Part shown: in pieces, positions 1-9,227 of the stretch
Layout: every line of letters starts with the position of its first letter
Position numbering within the stretch: position 1 is the first letter of the stretch
NCBI GenBank assembly: GCA_947480335.1
Contig: CANKCB010000002.1
Span: 30,976-94,975 of the forward strand
Source: Gammaproteobacteria bacterium
GTDB taxonomy: Bacteria > Pseudomonadota > Gammaproteobacteria > Eutrophobiales > Eutrophobiaceae
Direction of reading: 5' to 3'
Length of the DNA stretch: 64,000 bases
The notes under the pieces: model-generated
Told to the model about the DNA's origin: nothing
The model's database searches: none
What the model saw: the letters and a program-made list of their open reading frames with translations, nothing else
Translations under genes and position numbers: made by a program

Positions 1-1379
1 ACCTTGATGCGCGCCACAATCGGAGCAAGCATACTCTTGCTTAGGGTACGTAAGTTGGTCAGTTTGCCATGGATCCTGAACAACACCTGTGCACCCTTGC
101 TGGTTGGTCTTATATGTATATCGGACGCGTTGCGACGGATACTGTCGAGCAGCAGTTTTAGTACCAGACGAACGATGGGCCGTTCGTTTGCCAGCTTTTC
201 CATTTCCTCATCGTAGCCGGTTGCATCGTTAGCTGGTGAAATTTCGGTTTCAATCAGATCATCAACATCATCGTCCATTCCATAGTAGGTGTTGATCGCC
301 CAGTTGATATCTGATGGTGTGGCTACCACGACTTCGACGCGACGGTTAGAGGCAAATGAAATCAGTTTGGTATCTTCCAGCCGCGTAGGATCCGGGACGG
401 CAATGACCAGATGTGTGTCACTTAACACCAGTGGCATGGCTGTATGACGTCTGGCCACATTGACAGGCACCAGACTGGTTACTACCGGATCAATTTCAAA
501 CTCTTTTAATTGTACAAAAGGCACGCCGAGTTTTTGTGCCAATGCTGTATGCACAGCCTGTTCGGTGGTGGCACCGATTGATATCAGGATGTCACCCAGA
601 CGTCGGCCCCGATCATCCTTTTGCACATTCAGGGCGTTGTCCAGTTGTTCCTGGGTAATACAGCCGGCATTCAGCAATAATTGCCCCAGCAGAATCTTTG
701 GCCATTTGCCCTGTTCATACAGGGCTTTTTGCAGTGCTTCTTCCGATACCAGACCTTTTTCCCTGAGATAATCTCCCAGAGGCCGCTTACGTATCTTGTT
801 TTGTTCCTGCAATCCCTGCTGCAGGTCCTGATCGGTAATGGCATGATTGCTCTTGAGTATCGTGCCTATCTGATCGCCCAGCTCAAATTGTTCGATATTT
901 GCAAGCGGTATAAACATACGTGAACTGGAACTGTTGCCCTTGACCCGGAAGATGTGCACGGCAATATCATCCTTGATACTGATAGCACTATCACCGGACA
1001 GAACCTGACTATCGGTAAATTTGACAGAAAATGTCCGCGGTATGTCCGGCAGCACACTGTTTTGCAGCTGGTGTTTAATGGCATTTTCCTTGGGTGAATA
1101 TTTCAGTTCACGGGAAAAGATCAATAAACGTATATCGGCAAGCGGAATGGTTTTTTCCTTGAATTCGCCGGTAGAGTAATACCGCATAATCTGGCTGGTG
1201 TAATCCAGGGCAGACAGTTTGCCGTAGTGGATCACTCCACTGGTACTGTGTAATTCAATATCAGCGTTGGAAAGATCTTTCGGTTCATTACTGATTAAAA
1301 CCGGTGTGCCGGGCAGGTCAATGCCGTGTTTGCCCGTAGCTGGAAATACCGTGATATTTTCTTTTACAGTTAATGCCAT
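1..1379 (-). CDS. GspE/PilB/MshE-family secretion or pilus ATPase, N-terminal part only (runs off the left edge)
   Basis: ATG at 1379 with an open minus-strand frame down to position 1; it is absent from the ORF track because there is no stop in the window. The translation has two tandem MshEN-type motifs (PLGDYLREKGLVSEEALQKALYEQ and LLGQLLLNAGCITQEQLDNALNVQ). It also has a T2SSE_N-like segment (KLGVPFVQL...ARRHTAMPL) and the start of the ATPase N-domain (ERPIVRLVLKLLLDSIRRNASDIHIRP). Confidence 0.85.
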   Translation of the reverse strand, partial: MALTVKENITVFPATGKHGIDLPGTPVLISNEPKDLSNADIELHSTSGVIHYGKLSALDYTSQIMRYYSTGEFKEKTIPLADIRLLIFSRELKYSPKENAIKHQLQNSVLPDIPRTFSVKFTDSQVLSGDSAISIKDDIAVHIFRVKGNSSSSRMFIPLANIEQFELGDQIGTILKSNHAITDQDLQQGLQEQNKIRKRPLGDYLREKGLVSEEALQKALYEQGKWPKILLGQLLLNAGCITQEQLDNALNVQKDDRGRRLGDILISIGATTEQAVHTALAQKLGVPFVQLKEFEIDPVVTSLVPVNVARRHTAMPLVLSDTHLVIAVPDPTRLEDTKLISFASNRRVEVVVATPSDINWAINTYYGMDDDVDDLIETEISPANDATGYDEEMEKLANERPIVRLVLKLLLDSIRRNASDIHIRPTSKGAQVLFRIHGKLTNLRTLSKSMLAPIVARIK

Positions 1380-1581
1380 CGCCAGTCCTGCTCTTTTTTG
1401 TTGTAGCTTCGGGAAGTATCGGTTGATAGCAGGATTTCTTTAACTAAAAAACAATTGTTTTAAGATTGTCCATTACGATCTGTCCGTAGTTGCAAAACCA
1501 GTATTCTTCCCGAAGGTTACGGCTCAAATGCCGGAACAAGAAACTACAGAACGATTGCTCCGGTTTCTGTAGAATAGTCTC

Positions 1582-3207
1582 ATGCAAATGTTGAAAAAAC
1601 CCATGCGAAGTTGGCAGCTGGCGCTGCTGGCGGCCGTATATATGGTTAGCTTTGATAATACGGCCTTCTGGCGTGGATTATTTGAACTGGACGGCAAGAC
1701 AGAAGCTGTCAACGCGCTGTTTCTGGTGTCGGTTTTTATCGCCATGGTGGGTACGACCACGATTATCACCAGCCTGACGGCATTCAAATATGTGTTCAAG
1801 CCGATTTTAATTCTGATTTTGCTTTCAGCGGCGCTGGCAGATTATTACATGAGTGAATACGGTATTCTGATTGACAAGGACATGGTCAGAAATATGTTCC
1901 TGACGGACCGGGCTGAAGTGATGGAACTGCTGTTTTCGCCCGCGATGTTATGGCATGTGTTTTTACTGGGAGGCATTCCATCGTATATCGTCTGGCAGCT
2001 AAAGCTGAAAGACAATTCGCTGCTTGCCAATTTACTGGGGCGTAGCTTGCTGGTGACAGGTTCCCTGGCTGTACTTGCCCTGATCGGTTTTCTGCAGTAC
2101 AAAAATTTTGTCATTGTGTATCGGGAAAATCAGGAGATGATCTGCCGGATAAATCCGACCTGTCCGCTGGTGTCGGTGACCAAACATGTGATCAGGATGT
2201 ATAAACCAAAGGTCGAGCTGCAACAATTGGCTCTGGATGCGGTACAACAGTCTTCCCCGACCAGCCGCAAACGCCAGGTAGTCATATTGGTTGTAGGTGA
2301 AACGGCACGGGCGGCGAATTTTAGCCTGAATAAGTATGCCCGTAATACCAACCCTGAACTGGGGGCACGAACAGATATCTTCAATTTCAGTAATGTTTAT
2401 TCCTGTGGAACATCAACGGCCGCTTCCTTGCCCTGTATGTTTTCGCATATTACCCGGGCCAAAATTGATGAGAAGGATCCGCTGGCAGTTGAAAATGTGA
2501 TGGATGTGCTGGTACGTGCCGGGATTTCGGTGCACTGGTGGGACAATGATGCCGGCTGCAAGGGTGTTTGTGTAAGGATCCCAACCAAGGATTTATACTT
2601 TGCCACCGATCCGATCCTGTGTGTGGAAGACAATTGCTATGATGAAATACTGTTAGCCGGCCTGGACGATCTGATCCGCAACGATAGCAAGGACATGCTG
2701 GTGGTATTGCATCAAAAGGGTAGCCACGGTCCGGCGTATTACCGTCGTTATCCTGCTGCCTACAAGCAGTTTCAGCCAGAATGTACTATCGTCGAAGTGC
2801 AGGACTGTAGCCAGGAACAGATTGTGAACAGTTATGACAATACCATACTGTATACGGACCATGTGTTATCGCTGTTAATCCGCATGCTGGAAAGTCATGC
2901 AAATGACTTCAATACAGCTCTGGTATATCTGTCTGACCACGGCGAATCCCTGGGTGAACGGGGTTTATATCTACACGGTTTGCCATTTTTGATGGCACCC
3001 AAAGAGCAGATTCATGTGCCGATGTTTTTCTGGTTTTCACCAGGATACCGCGATGTTATGCAGATCAATGCAAATTGCCTGCAACACTTGAGTAGCAACG
3101 AATTTTCACACGATAACCTGTTTGACACCTTACTGGGCCTGTTTAGCGTGCAGACCAGCGAATACAAGCAGGAAAACAATATGCTTTTCTCCTGTGTGAA
3201 CAGTTAG
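1582..3207 (+). CDS. eptA: lipid A phosphoethanolamine transferase (EptA/MCR family)
   Basis: 541-aa ORF with an N-terminal multi-TM region followed by a sulfatase-type domain. Motifs: VVGETARAANFSL, YSCGTSTAASLPCMFS, HQKGSHGPAYYRRYP, YDNTILYTDH, LSDHGESLGE. Confidence 0.9.
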   Translation: MQMLKKPMRSWQLALLAAVYMVSFDNTAFWRGLFELDGKTEAVNALFLVSVFIAMVGTTTIITSLTAFKYVFKPILILILLSAALADYYMSEYGILIDKDMVRNMFLTDRAEVMELLFSPAMLWHVFLLGGIPSYIVWQLKLKDNSLLANLLGRSLLVTGSLAVLALIGFLQYKNFVIVYRENQEMICRINPTCPLVSVTKHVIRMYKPKVELQQLALDAVQQSSPTSRKRQVVILVVGETARAANFSLNKYARNTNPELGARTDIFNFSNVYSCGTSTAASLPCMFSHITRAKIDEKDPLAVENVMDVLVRAGISVHWWDNDAGCKGVCVRIPTKDLYFATDPILCVEDNCYDEILLAGLDDLIRNDSKDMLVVLHQKGSHGPAYYRRYPAAYKQFQPECTIVEVQDCSQEQIVNSYDNTILYTDHVLSLLIRMLESHANDFNTALVYLSDHGESLGERGLYLHGLPFLMAPKEQIHVPMFFWFSPGYRDVMQINANCLQHLSSNEFSHDNLFDTLLGLFSVQTSEYKQENNMLFSCVNS

Positions 3208-4223
3208 CCCAGAAGCGTTTTAGAACTCTCCCCGGGTAGTTCCCTGACCAGTTTGGGCACCAGATATCCCGGCAGAGTAGCCTGTAATTGTTTATGTATG
3301 TCCCGGGCCTGATCTTCCGCAACTTCAAAATGCGCCGCCCCGGCAACCGGATCCAGCATGTGCAGGTAATAGGGCAGCACGTGGTTTGTGTATAGTCGGT
3401 GACTTAGTTCAGCCAGCACCGGCGCTTGATCGTTCACACCTTTTAATAGTACGGATTGGTTAAGCAGTTGCATGCCACTCTGGTGCAGGCGCTGCAAGGT
3501 CTCAATGACCTCATTTTCGATTTCATGTGGGTGATTGGCATGGATGACCATCGTCAGCTTGAAGCGGCTGCGGGTAATGGTCTGCAACAGCTTGTCGGTC
3601 ATTCGGGATGGCAACACTACCGGAATGCGTGTGTGAATTCTTAACCAGCGTACATGTGGAATTGTTTCCAGCTGTTGTATCAGTGTATCCAGCTTTTCAT
3701 CGGACAGAGACAAGGGATCACCACCACTCAGTATTACCTCATAGATGCTGGAATCGTTCCTGATAGTATCGAGTGCAGCTGTCCAGTTTTCGCGTGATGG
3801 ACTGTTTTCGTTATAGGGATAATGCCGTCGAAAACAGTATCGGCAATGGATGGCGCAAACACTGGTGGTGATGAGTAATACACGCCCAGGGTATTTGCGG
3901 ATAAGGCCAGGAGTAGTCGTGTGCGTAATTTCGTCGAGTGGGTCGGTCCGATATCCGGCGACGTCACGATCTTCATCGGCAAGTGGCAGAATCTGGCGTA
4001 ACAGGGGATCATCGGCCACGCCAGCTCGGATCCGTTTCAGGTAGGACAGCGGGGCTTTTAGTGGGAAACTGTCGCTGACAGGGGTGGACAGGGCCAGCTT
4101 TTCAGCCTGCAGACCGACTTTTTCAAGTAATTCGCCGGGGGCGCGAATAACTTCGCGTAATTCGTGTTGCCATCTCGAAATATCCATAGGTTTCAAGGTA
4201 TCATACGCGCCTTTATTGCGCAC
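3204..4223 (-). CDS. epmB: EF-P beta-lysylation protein EpmB (lysine 2,3-aminomutase-like radical SAM enzyme)
   Basis: 339-aa ORF with the CxxxCxxC radical-SAM motif [11 protein letters not shown], divergent from efp as in E. coli. The track start is GTG 4223; ATG 4187 is an alternative. Confidence 0.9.
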   Translation of the reverse strand: MRNKGAYDTLKPMDISRWQHELREVIRAPGELLEKVGLQAEKLALSTPVSDSFPLKAPLSYLKRIRAGVADDPLLRQILPLADEDRDVAGYRTDPLDEITHTTTPGLIRKYPGRVLLITTSVCAIHCRYCFRRHYPYNENSPSRENWTAALDTIRNDSSIYEVILSGGDPLSLSDEKLDTLIQQLETIPHVRWLRIHTRIPVVLPSRMTDKLLQTITRSRFKLTMVIHANHPHEIENEVIETLQRLHQSGMQLLNQSVLLKGVNDQAPVLAELSHRLYTNHVLPYYLHMLDPVAGAAHFEVAEDQARDIHKQLQATLPGYLVPKLVRELPGESSKTLLG

Positions 4224-4250
4224 CCATGGAAATGGAAGGGGAATACAATT

Positions 4251-4817
4251 ATGTCAACGTTCAGTACCAGTGAATTCAAGGCCGGCTTAAAGCTGATGAT
4301 AGACGGCGATCCTTACTCCGTTATTGAAAACGAACATGTCAAGCCGGGTAAGGGCCAGGCATTTAATCGGGTCAGATTACGTAATCTGAAGACAGGCCGT
4401 GTACTGGAGCGTACATTCAAATCCGGTGATACCTGTGAAGGTGCAGACGTGGTCGAAGTCGATCTTCAATATCTCTATACCGATGGTGAAATGTGGCATT
4501 TCATGGATCCGAACAGTTTTGAGCAATATATAGCCGATGCAAAGGCGATGGCGGATGCTTCACAATGGATTAAACCCGAAGAAGAATGTGTTGTTACTCT
4601 CTGGAACGGCTCACCCTTGTATGTGTCAGCCCCGAACTTTGTGAACCTGAAGATAACTGAAACCGACCCGGGATTGCGTGGTGATACCGCTACCGGTGGT
4701 ACCAAACCGGCGAAACTGGAAACAGGTGCTGTAGTCAGGGTGCCTTTATTTGTAGAAGAAGGTGAAATCATCCGTGTCGATACGCGTACCAGCGCGTATA
4801 TGTCGAGGGTGAAGTGA
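4251..4817 (+). CDS. efp: translation elongation factor P
   Basis: 188 codons from ATG 4251 (the track ORF begins further upstream at 4164). Starts [22 protein letters not shown] and carries the conserved modified-lysine loop VKPGKGQAF. Confidence 0.95.
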   Translation: MSTFSTSEFKAGLKLMIDGDPYSVIENEHVKPGKGQAFNRVRLRNLKTGRVLERTFKSGDTCEGADVVEVDLQYLYTDGEMWHFMDPNSFEQYIADAKAMADASQWIKPEEECVVTLWNGSPLYVSAPNFVNLKITETDPGLRGDTATGGTKPAKLETGAVVRVPLFVEEGEIIRVDTRTSAYMSRVK

Positions 4818-4877
4818 GGTGTGAGGGGTGAGGTGTAAGGAGTGAGGGGTGAGGTGTGAGGGGTTAGGAGTGAACGG
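4815..4877 (+). repeat. tandem heptamer array (TGAGGKG)n, about 9 units, beginning at the efp stop codon
   Basis: Read directly: TGAGGTG TGAGGGG TGAGGTG TAAGGAG TGAGGGG TGAGGTG TGAGGGG TTAGGAG TGAACGG. Confidence 0.9.
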
Positions 4878-4963
4878 CAGGTCACCACAAATCTTGTGTT
4901 GGCAACAGACTTCTTACACTGGATTTCCGGCTACGCGGTAATTTAATTAACTGGATTCATTGA

Positions 4964-5926
4964 ATGTCTGATAGCTGGCAACCTGCTGCCTCCCTTGTAG
5001 TGTTAAAACAGCGCGCCAGTCTGTGGGCAAAAGTCCGTGAGTTCATGGCTGGCAGGGGCATACTGGAAGTTGAAACGCCAGTATTGTCTCATGCCGGTAC
5101 AACCGATCCGAATCTGGATAGTTTTACAACAACATTCAAATCTCCGGTCTCGACCATACCCGAATCCTTGTATCTGCATACCTCCCCTGAGTTTGGAATG
5201 AAACGGCTGCTGGCAGCAGGCAGCGGTTCTATCTATCAAATCTGTCATGTGTTTCGTAATGAAGAGCTGGGACGTCATCATCAGCCTGAATTTACCATGC
5301 TGGAGTGGTATCGCATTCATTTTGACCATCATAAACTGATGGATGAACTGGACGATCTGCTGCTGCTTATCGGTTTGTCGTCGCCCTCAGTCAGACACAG
5401 CTACGCCTTTGTTTTTGAGAAGGCCACTGGTATCGATCCGCATCGGGCTAGTCTCACGCAATTACAGGATATGGCTATAAAACTGGGATTGCAGGGAAAG
5501 GACCACAGCCGGTCTATATTGCTCGATTTTATTTTCAGTGCTCGGGTGATGCCGGGATTGGGTCAGCAGCAGCCGGAGCTGATTTATGATTTTCCGGTCT
5601 GTCAGGCAGCGTTGGCACGTATACGTACCGATGATCCTCCTGTGGCGGAACGATTTGAACTGTTTATCAAGGGAATCGAGATTGCCAACGGGTTTCATGA
5701 ATTGACTGATGCAAATGAGCAGCAGGAGCGATTCGAGGCGGATAATCGGTTGCGTATGGCAATGAATAAACCTCCGGTCTGTATGGATAAAAATTTACTG
5801 GCGGCTCTGCAGCAGGGACTGCCGGCATGTGCCGGTGTTGCACTTGGTATGGATCGATTATTAATGGTAATTGTGGGACATGATACACTCGACCAGGTAG
5901 TGAATTTCACTTTCAATCAGGCATAA
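4964..5926 (+). CDS. epmA: EF-P-lysine lysyltransferase EpmA (PoxA/GenX, class II LysRS paralog)
   Basis: 320-aa ORF with HTSPEFGMKRLLAAGSGSIYQICHVFRNEELGRHHQPEFTMLEWY and a C-terminal GVALGMDRL class II synthetase-like core. It sits next to efp. Confidence 0.9.
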   Translation: MSDSWQPAASLVVLKQRASLWAKVREFMAGRGILEVETPVLSHAGTTDPNLDSFTTTFKSPVSTIPESLYLHTSPEFGMKRLLAAGSGSIYQICHVFRNEELGRHHQPEFTMLEWYRIHFDHHKLMDELDDLLLLIGLSSPSVRHSYAFVFEKATGIDPHRASLTQLQDMAIKLGLQGKDHSRSILLDFIFSARVMPGLGQQQPELIYDFPVCQAALARIRTDDPPVAERFELFIKGIEIANGFHELTDANEQQERFEADNRLRMAMNKPPVCMDKNLLAALQQGLPACAGVALGMDRLLMVIVGHDTLDQVVNFTFNQA

Positions 5927-5940
5927 ACAGGGAAGTTGCC

Positions 5941-7863
5941 ATGCTTACACCAACCGATATCCTGTCAGCTGATGGACCACTGGCTGAATTGATCCCTGAT
6001 TATTCCGTTCGTCCCCAGCAGATTGAGATGTCCGAGACGATAGCGAGCGCGATCGAACGGCAGGAGTCGCTCATATGTGAAGCCGGTACCGGTACCGGCA
6101 AGACCTTTGCCTATCTGGTACCCGCGATTCTGTCCGGGAGGAAAGTCATCATCTCAACCGGTACCCGCCACTTGCAAGATCAGCTCTACCTGCGTGATTT
6201 AAAAATTGTACAACAAGCAATTGGCCGTGCATTGCATACGGCCTTGTTGAAAGGCCGTGCCAATTACCTGTGTCTGCACCGTCTGGACCTGGTTGAGTCA
6301 GATACGGGTGGCATGAATGCAGCAAATATTTCACATTTGCACACGATCCGTAACTGGTCGCAGCAAACTGTCAGTGGCGATTTGGCCGAATTGACCAACC
6401 TGCCCGAAGATGCCAGTGTCAGAAAATTCATTACTTCCACCACCGAGAATTGTCTGGGACAGGAATGCGGACATATAAACGACTGTTTTATCTTTCGGGC
6501 TCGACGTGAAGCGAATGAAGCTGATTTGACGGTGGTAAATCATCATTTGTTACTTTCGGATATGGCCCTGCGCGAGCAGGGATATGGAGAATTATTACCG
6601 ATCGCTGATATCGTGATTTTTGATGAAGCGCATCAATTGCCGGAGCTGGCGTCCGAGTTTTTCAGCACGACCTTGAGCAGTCACCAGTTTAATGACTGGG
6701 TGCGTGACAGCAAGCAGGCGTATTTCACCGAAGCGGCGGATATGCCGGACTTCCCTCAGGTGCTGGACAAGGTAGACACGGCAATCCGACAACTCAGACT
6801 GGCATTGGGTGTGCAGGAAGGTCGTATTTCCTGGTATCAGGTCAGTGAACAACAGGAAGTCCAGCAAGCGATGACGCGGTTGCTGGATCGATGTTATGAA
6901 GCCCATCAGCTGCTGGAAGGATTTGCCAACCGTGGCAAGGAACTTGATAGCTGCTTCAAACGCTGTATCACGCTAATGGATGCACTCGACAGCTATCTGG
7001 AGACACGTTCGGAGGAGCAAGTGCAATGGTTGGAGCTGCGTGGTAACGGATTCTTGTTGCACCAGACACCACTTGATATCGCTGATACCTATCAGTCACG
7101 TATGGCGGAGTATGATTGTCTGTGTATCTATACTTCAGCCACGCTGACAGTTAAGGGAAACTTTGACCATTTTGCCAATCAGCTGGGGCTGGGTCGATTA
7201 CCACACCAATCCTGGGAAAGTCCGTTTGACTTCCCAAATCAGGCACTGTTGTATTTGCCAGCTGGTATGCCCGATCCCCGCAGTGACGGCTATACCGACA
7301 AGGTGCTGGATGCGGCAATTCCGGTACTCCAAATGACACGGGGCCGCGCTTTCCTGTTATTTACCAGTCATCGTGCCTTGCAGCTGGCGGCTGCCGCCAT
7401 TACAGATCGAATCAAGTTTCCTGTCTTTGTACAGGGTGATGCGCCTAAAACCGAATTACTCGAATCGTTTCGCAGGACACCTCATGCGGTATTGCTGGGG
7501 ACGCAGAGTTTTTGGGAAGGTGTCGATGTAAAAGGGCAGGCTCTGACCTGTGTGATCATCGACAAGTTACCGTTTGCCACGCCAGATGATCCGGTGCTGA
7601 AGGCCAGAATGAAAAAACTGGAAGAGCAGGGCAGGAACCCGTTTATGGATTACCAGTTGCCCGAAGCGGTAATCACGCTGAAACAGGGCGTGGGCCGGCT
7701 GATTCGGGATGCCGGAGATTATGGTGTGTTGATGATTTGTGATCCGCGAATTGTCAACAAGGCCTATGGCAAAACCTTTCTACGAAGCCTGCCGCCCATG
7801 CAACACACGGCATTGATTGAGCAAGTACAAAAATTCCTGCAGTCACATGAGACTGGCAGCTAG
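5941..7863 (+). CDS. yoaA: ATP-dependent DNA helicase, DinG/YoaA family (YoaA-like size)
   Basis: 640 aa. Walker A is EAGTGTGKTFAYLVPA and the DEAH box is IFDEAHQL. A Cys cluster (CLHRL...NCLGQECGHINDCF) fits an Fe-S helicase. Confidence 0.85.
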   Translation: MLTPTDILSADGPLAELIPDYSVRPQQIEMSETIASAIERQESLICEAGTGTGKTFAYLVPAILSGRKVIISTGTRHLQDQLYLRDLKIVQQAIGRALHTALLKGRANYLCLHRLDLVESDTGGMNAANISHLHTIRNWSQQTVSGDLAELTNLPEDASVRKFITSTTENCLGQECGHINDCFIFRARREANEADLTVVNHHLLLSDMALREQGYGELLPIADIVIFDEAHQLPELASEFFSTTLSSHQFNDWVRDSKQAYFTEAADMPDFPQVLDKVDTAIRQLRLALGVQEGRISWYQVSEQQEVQQAMTRLLDRCYEAHQLLEGFANRGKELDSCFKRCITLMDALDSYLETRSEEQVQWLELRGNGFLLHQTPLDIADTYQSRMAEYDCLCIYTSATLTVKGNFDHFANQLGLGRLPHQSWESPFDFPNQALLYLPAGMPDPRSDGYTDKVLDAAIPVLQMTRGRAFLLFTSHRALQLAAAAITDRIKFPVFVQGDAPKTELLESFRRTPHAVLLGTQSFWEGVDVKGQALTCVIIDKLPFATPDDPVLKARMKKLEEQGRNPFMDYQLPEAVITLKQGVGRLIRDAGDYGVLMICDPRIVNKAYGKTFLRSLPPMQHTALIEQVQKFLQSHETGS

Positions 7864-7939
7864 TTTCATTTCCGTAGCGGCTGATAGAAACTGCTAACAA
7901 TGCCAGCAAAATCCTTTGCTGACCTGAACCAATCTAACG

Positions 7940-8791
7940 CTAACCGTTTTCCACCTTCAGTTTTTCAATTAAAAACCGGCCTGTCTTTTTGTTGTCTGCC
8001 AGCAATGACAGCAATTCCGGCAAGGTTTGTTTCATCGTATCAGCCAGTGTAAAAGGTGGGTTTATTATAAACATGCCACAGGCATGCATACCCGGTTCGG
8101 ATTTTTCCTTGCCCAGGTCCAGATGTATATGCAGATTATCCCTGACAGGCAGAGCAGCAAATCGGCGTAACAGCTTATCTGTGGTGCGTTCATCGATTAC
8201 CGGGTACCAGATCGCATACGTACCCAGGGCAAAGCGCTGCAGTGCATCTTCCAACGCCCGGGTAAGTTGCCGATAATCGCTTTCCAGCTCGTAGGACGGA
8301 TCGATCAGGATTAAGCCGCGGTGTTCTTTCGGCGGCAGCTTTGCCTTCACACCTTGCCAGGCATCCATCATTTCACAATGCACACCGGGTTGTTTTCTGT
8401 AATGTGTGGACAGGATACGGAAGTCTGTTGTGTGTTTTTCTCCAAACCAGGCGCGATCCATATGACGCAATAGTCGTACAGCAATTTCGGGTGAACCTGG
8501 GTAACAGAGTAATTCACCGGTGGGATTAAGCTGGCGTACGAGAGCCAGATATTCCTTCAGCAGTGGGGAGACCGGTTTAGACTCCCATATCCGGGTAATT
8601 CCACCCAGATATTCCCGGTTTTTCTGCATATACGGATGCGAAACATTGTAGCTACCCGAACCGGCATGGGTATCATGATAATAAAACGGTGTGGCTTTCT
8701 TTTTCAGGTACTGCAGGATGGCAATTTGTACCAGGTGTTTTAATACATCGGCAAAATTACCAGCATGAAAGCCGTGGCGATAGCTGAGCAT
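7940..8791 (-). CDS. rlmJ: 23S rRNA (adenine2030-N6)-methyltransferase RlmJ
   Basis: 283 aa beginning MLSYRHGFHAGNFADVLKH, the characteristic RlmJ N-terminus, with IDPSYE further on. Confidence 0.9.
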   Translation of the reverse strand: MLSYRHGFHAGNFADVLKHLVQIAILQYLKKKATPFYYHDTHAGSGSYNVSHPYMQKNREYLGGITRIWESKPVSPLLKEYLALVRQLNPTGELLCYPGSPEIAVRLLRHMDRAWFGEKHTTDFRILSTHYRKQPGVHCEMMDAWQGVKAKLPPKEHRGLILIDPSYELESDYRQLTRALEDALQRFALGTYAIWYPVIDERTTDKLLRRFAALPVRDNLHIHLDLGKEKSEPGMHACGMFIINPPFTLADTMKQTLPELLSLLADNKKTGRFLIEKLKVENG

Positions 8792-8983
8792 AGTTTAAAT
8801 GTTTCTCAAATCTGTTTGTCGTAGTTTACCTGAATTCAGCCAAGGTTGTTGTTTGTCAGCCAACCGGACAGACTATTGAATAGTCTGGGACGGTTTATCA
8901 CTGAATTCAGGTATACAGTCAGGATTGAATAGGGCAGATTATGTCTTCCCGGAAATTTTACGGGCTAGTTACAGGAACAGGGT

Positions 8984-9187
8984 ATGAATCAAAAAATCAG
9001 GGTGGTACTGATCGCTGTCGGCCTGATGACAAGTCTTGGTCTTGTCGTCGCGGTGATTGCCTGGATGTCGCGTTCAGGAATAATTACACCGGCTATGGCA
9101 CTGCTACTGCTAGTGGCCTTGCTGGGGTTTTATATCGGTTTCGGTGTGTTGATCCTGACATACCGCTTGATATGCAAATTGCGCTGA
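8984..9187 (+). CDS. small hypothetical membrane protein (2 predicted TM helices)
   Basis: 67-aa ORF: MNQKIRVVLIAVGLMTSLGLVVAVIAW...LLLLVALLGFYIGFGVLILTY. It has two hydrophobic spans and a weak GGA-type RBS. No family recognised. Confidence 0.4.
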   Translation: MNQKIRVVLIAVGLMTSLGLVVAVIAWMSRSGIITPAMALLLLVALLGFYIGFGVLILTYRLICKLR

Positions 9188-9227
9188 GTACGGTGAGCAG
9201 AATGGTCAGCGATGATTATATTCTGAA

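Noticed and set aside
4475-4888. 137-aa minus-strand ORF with TSPLTPH repeats
   Set aside because: It is antisense to efp and to the heptamer array, so the repeats are a translation artefact of the 7-nt unit.
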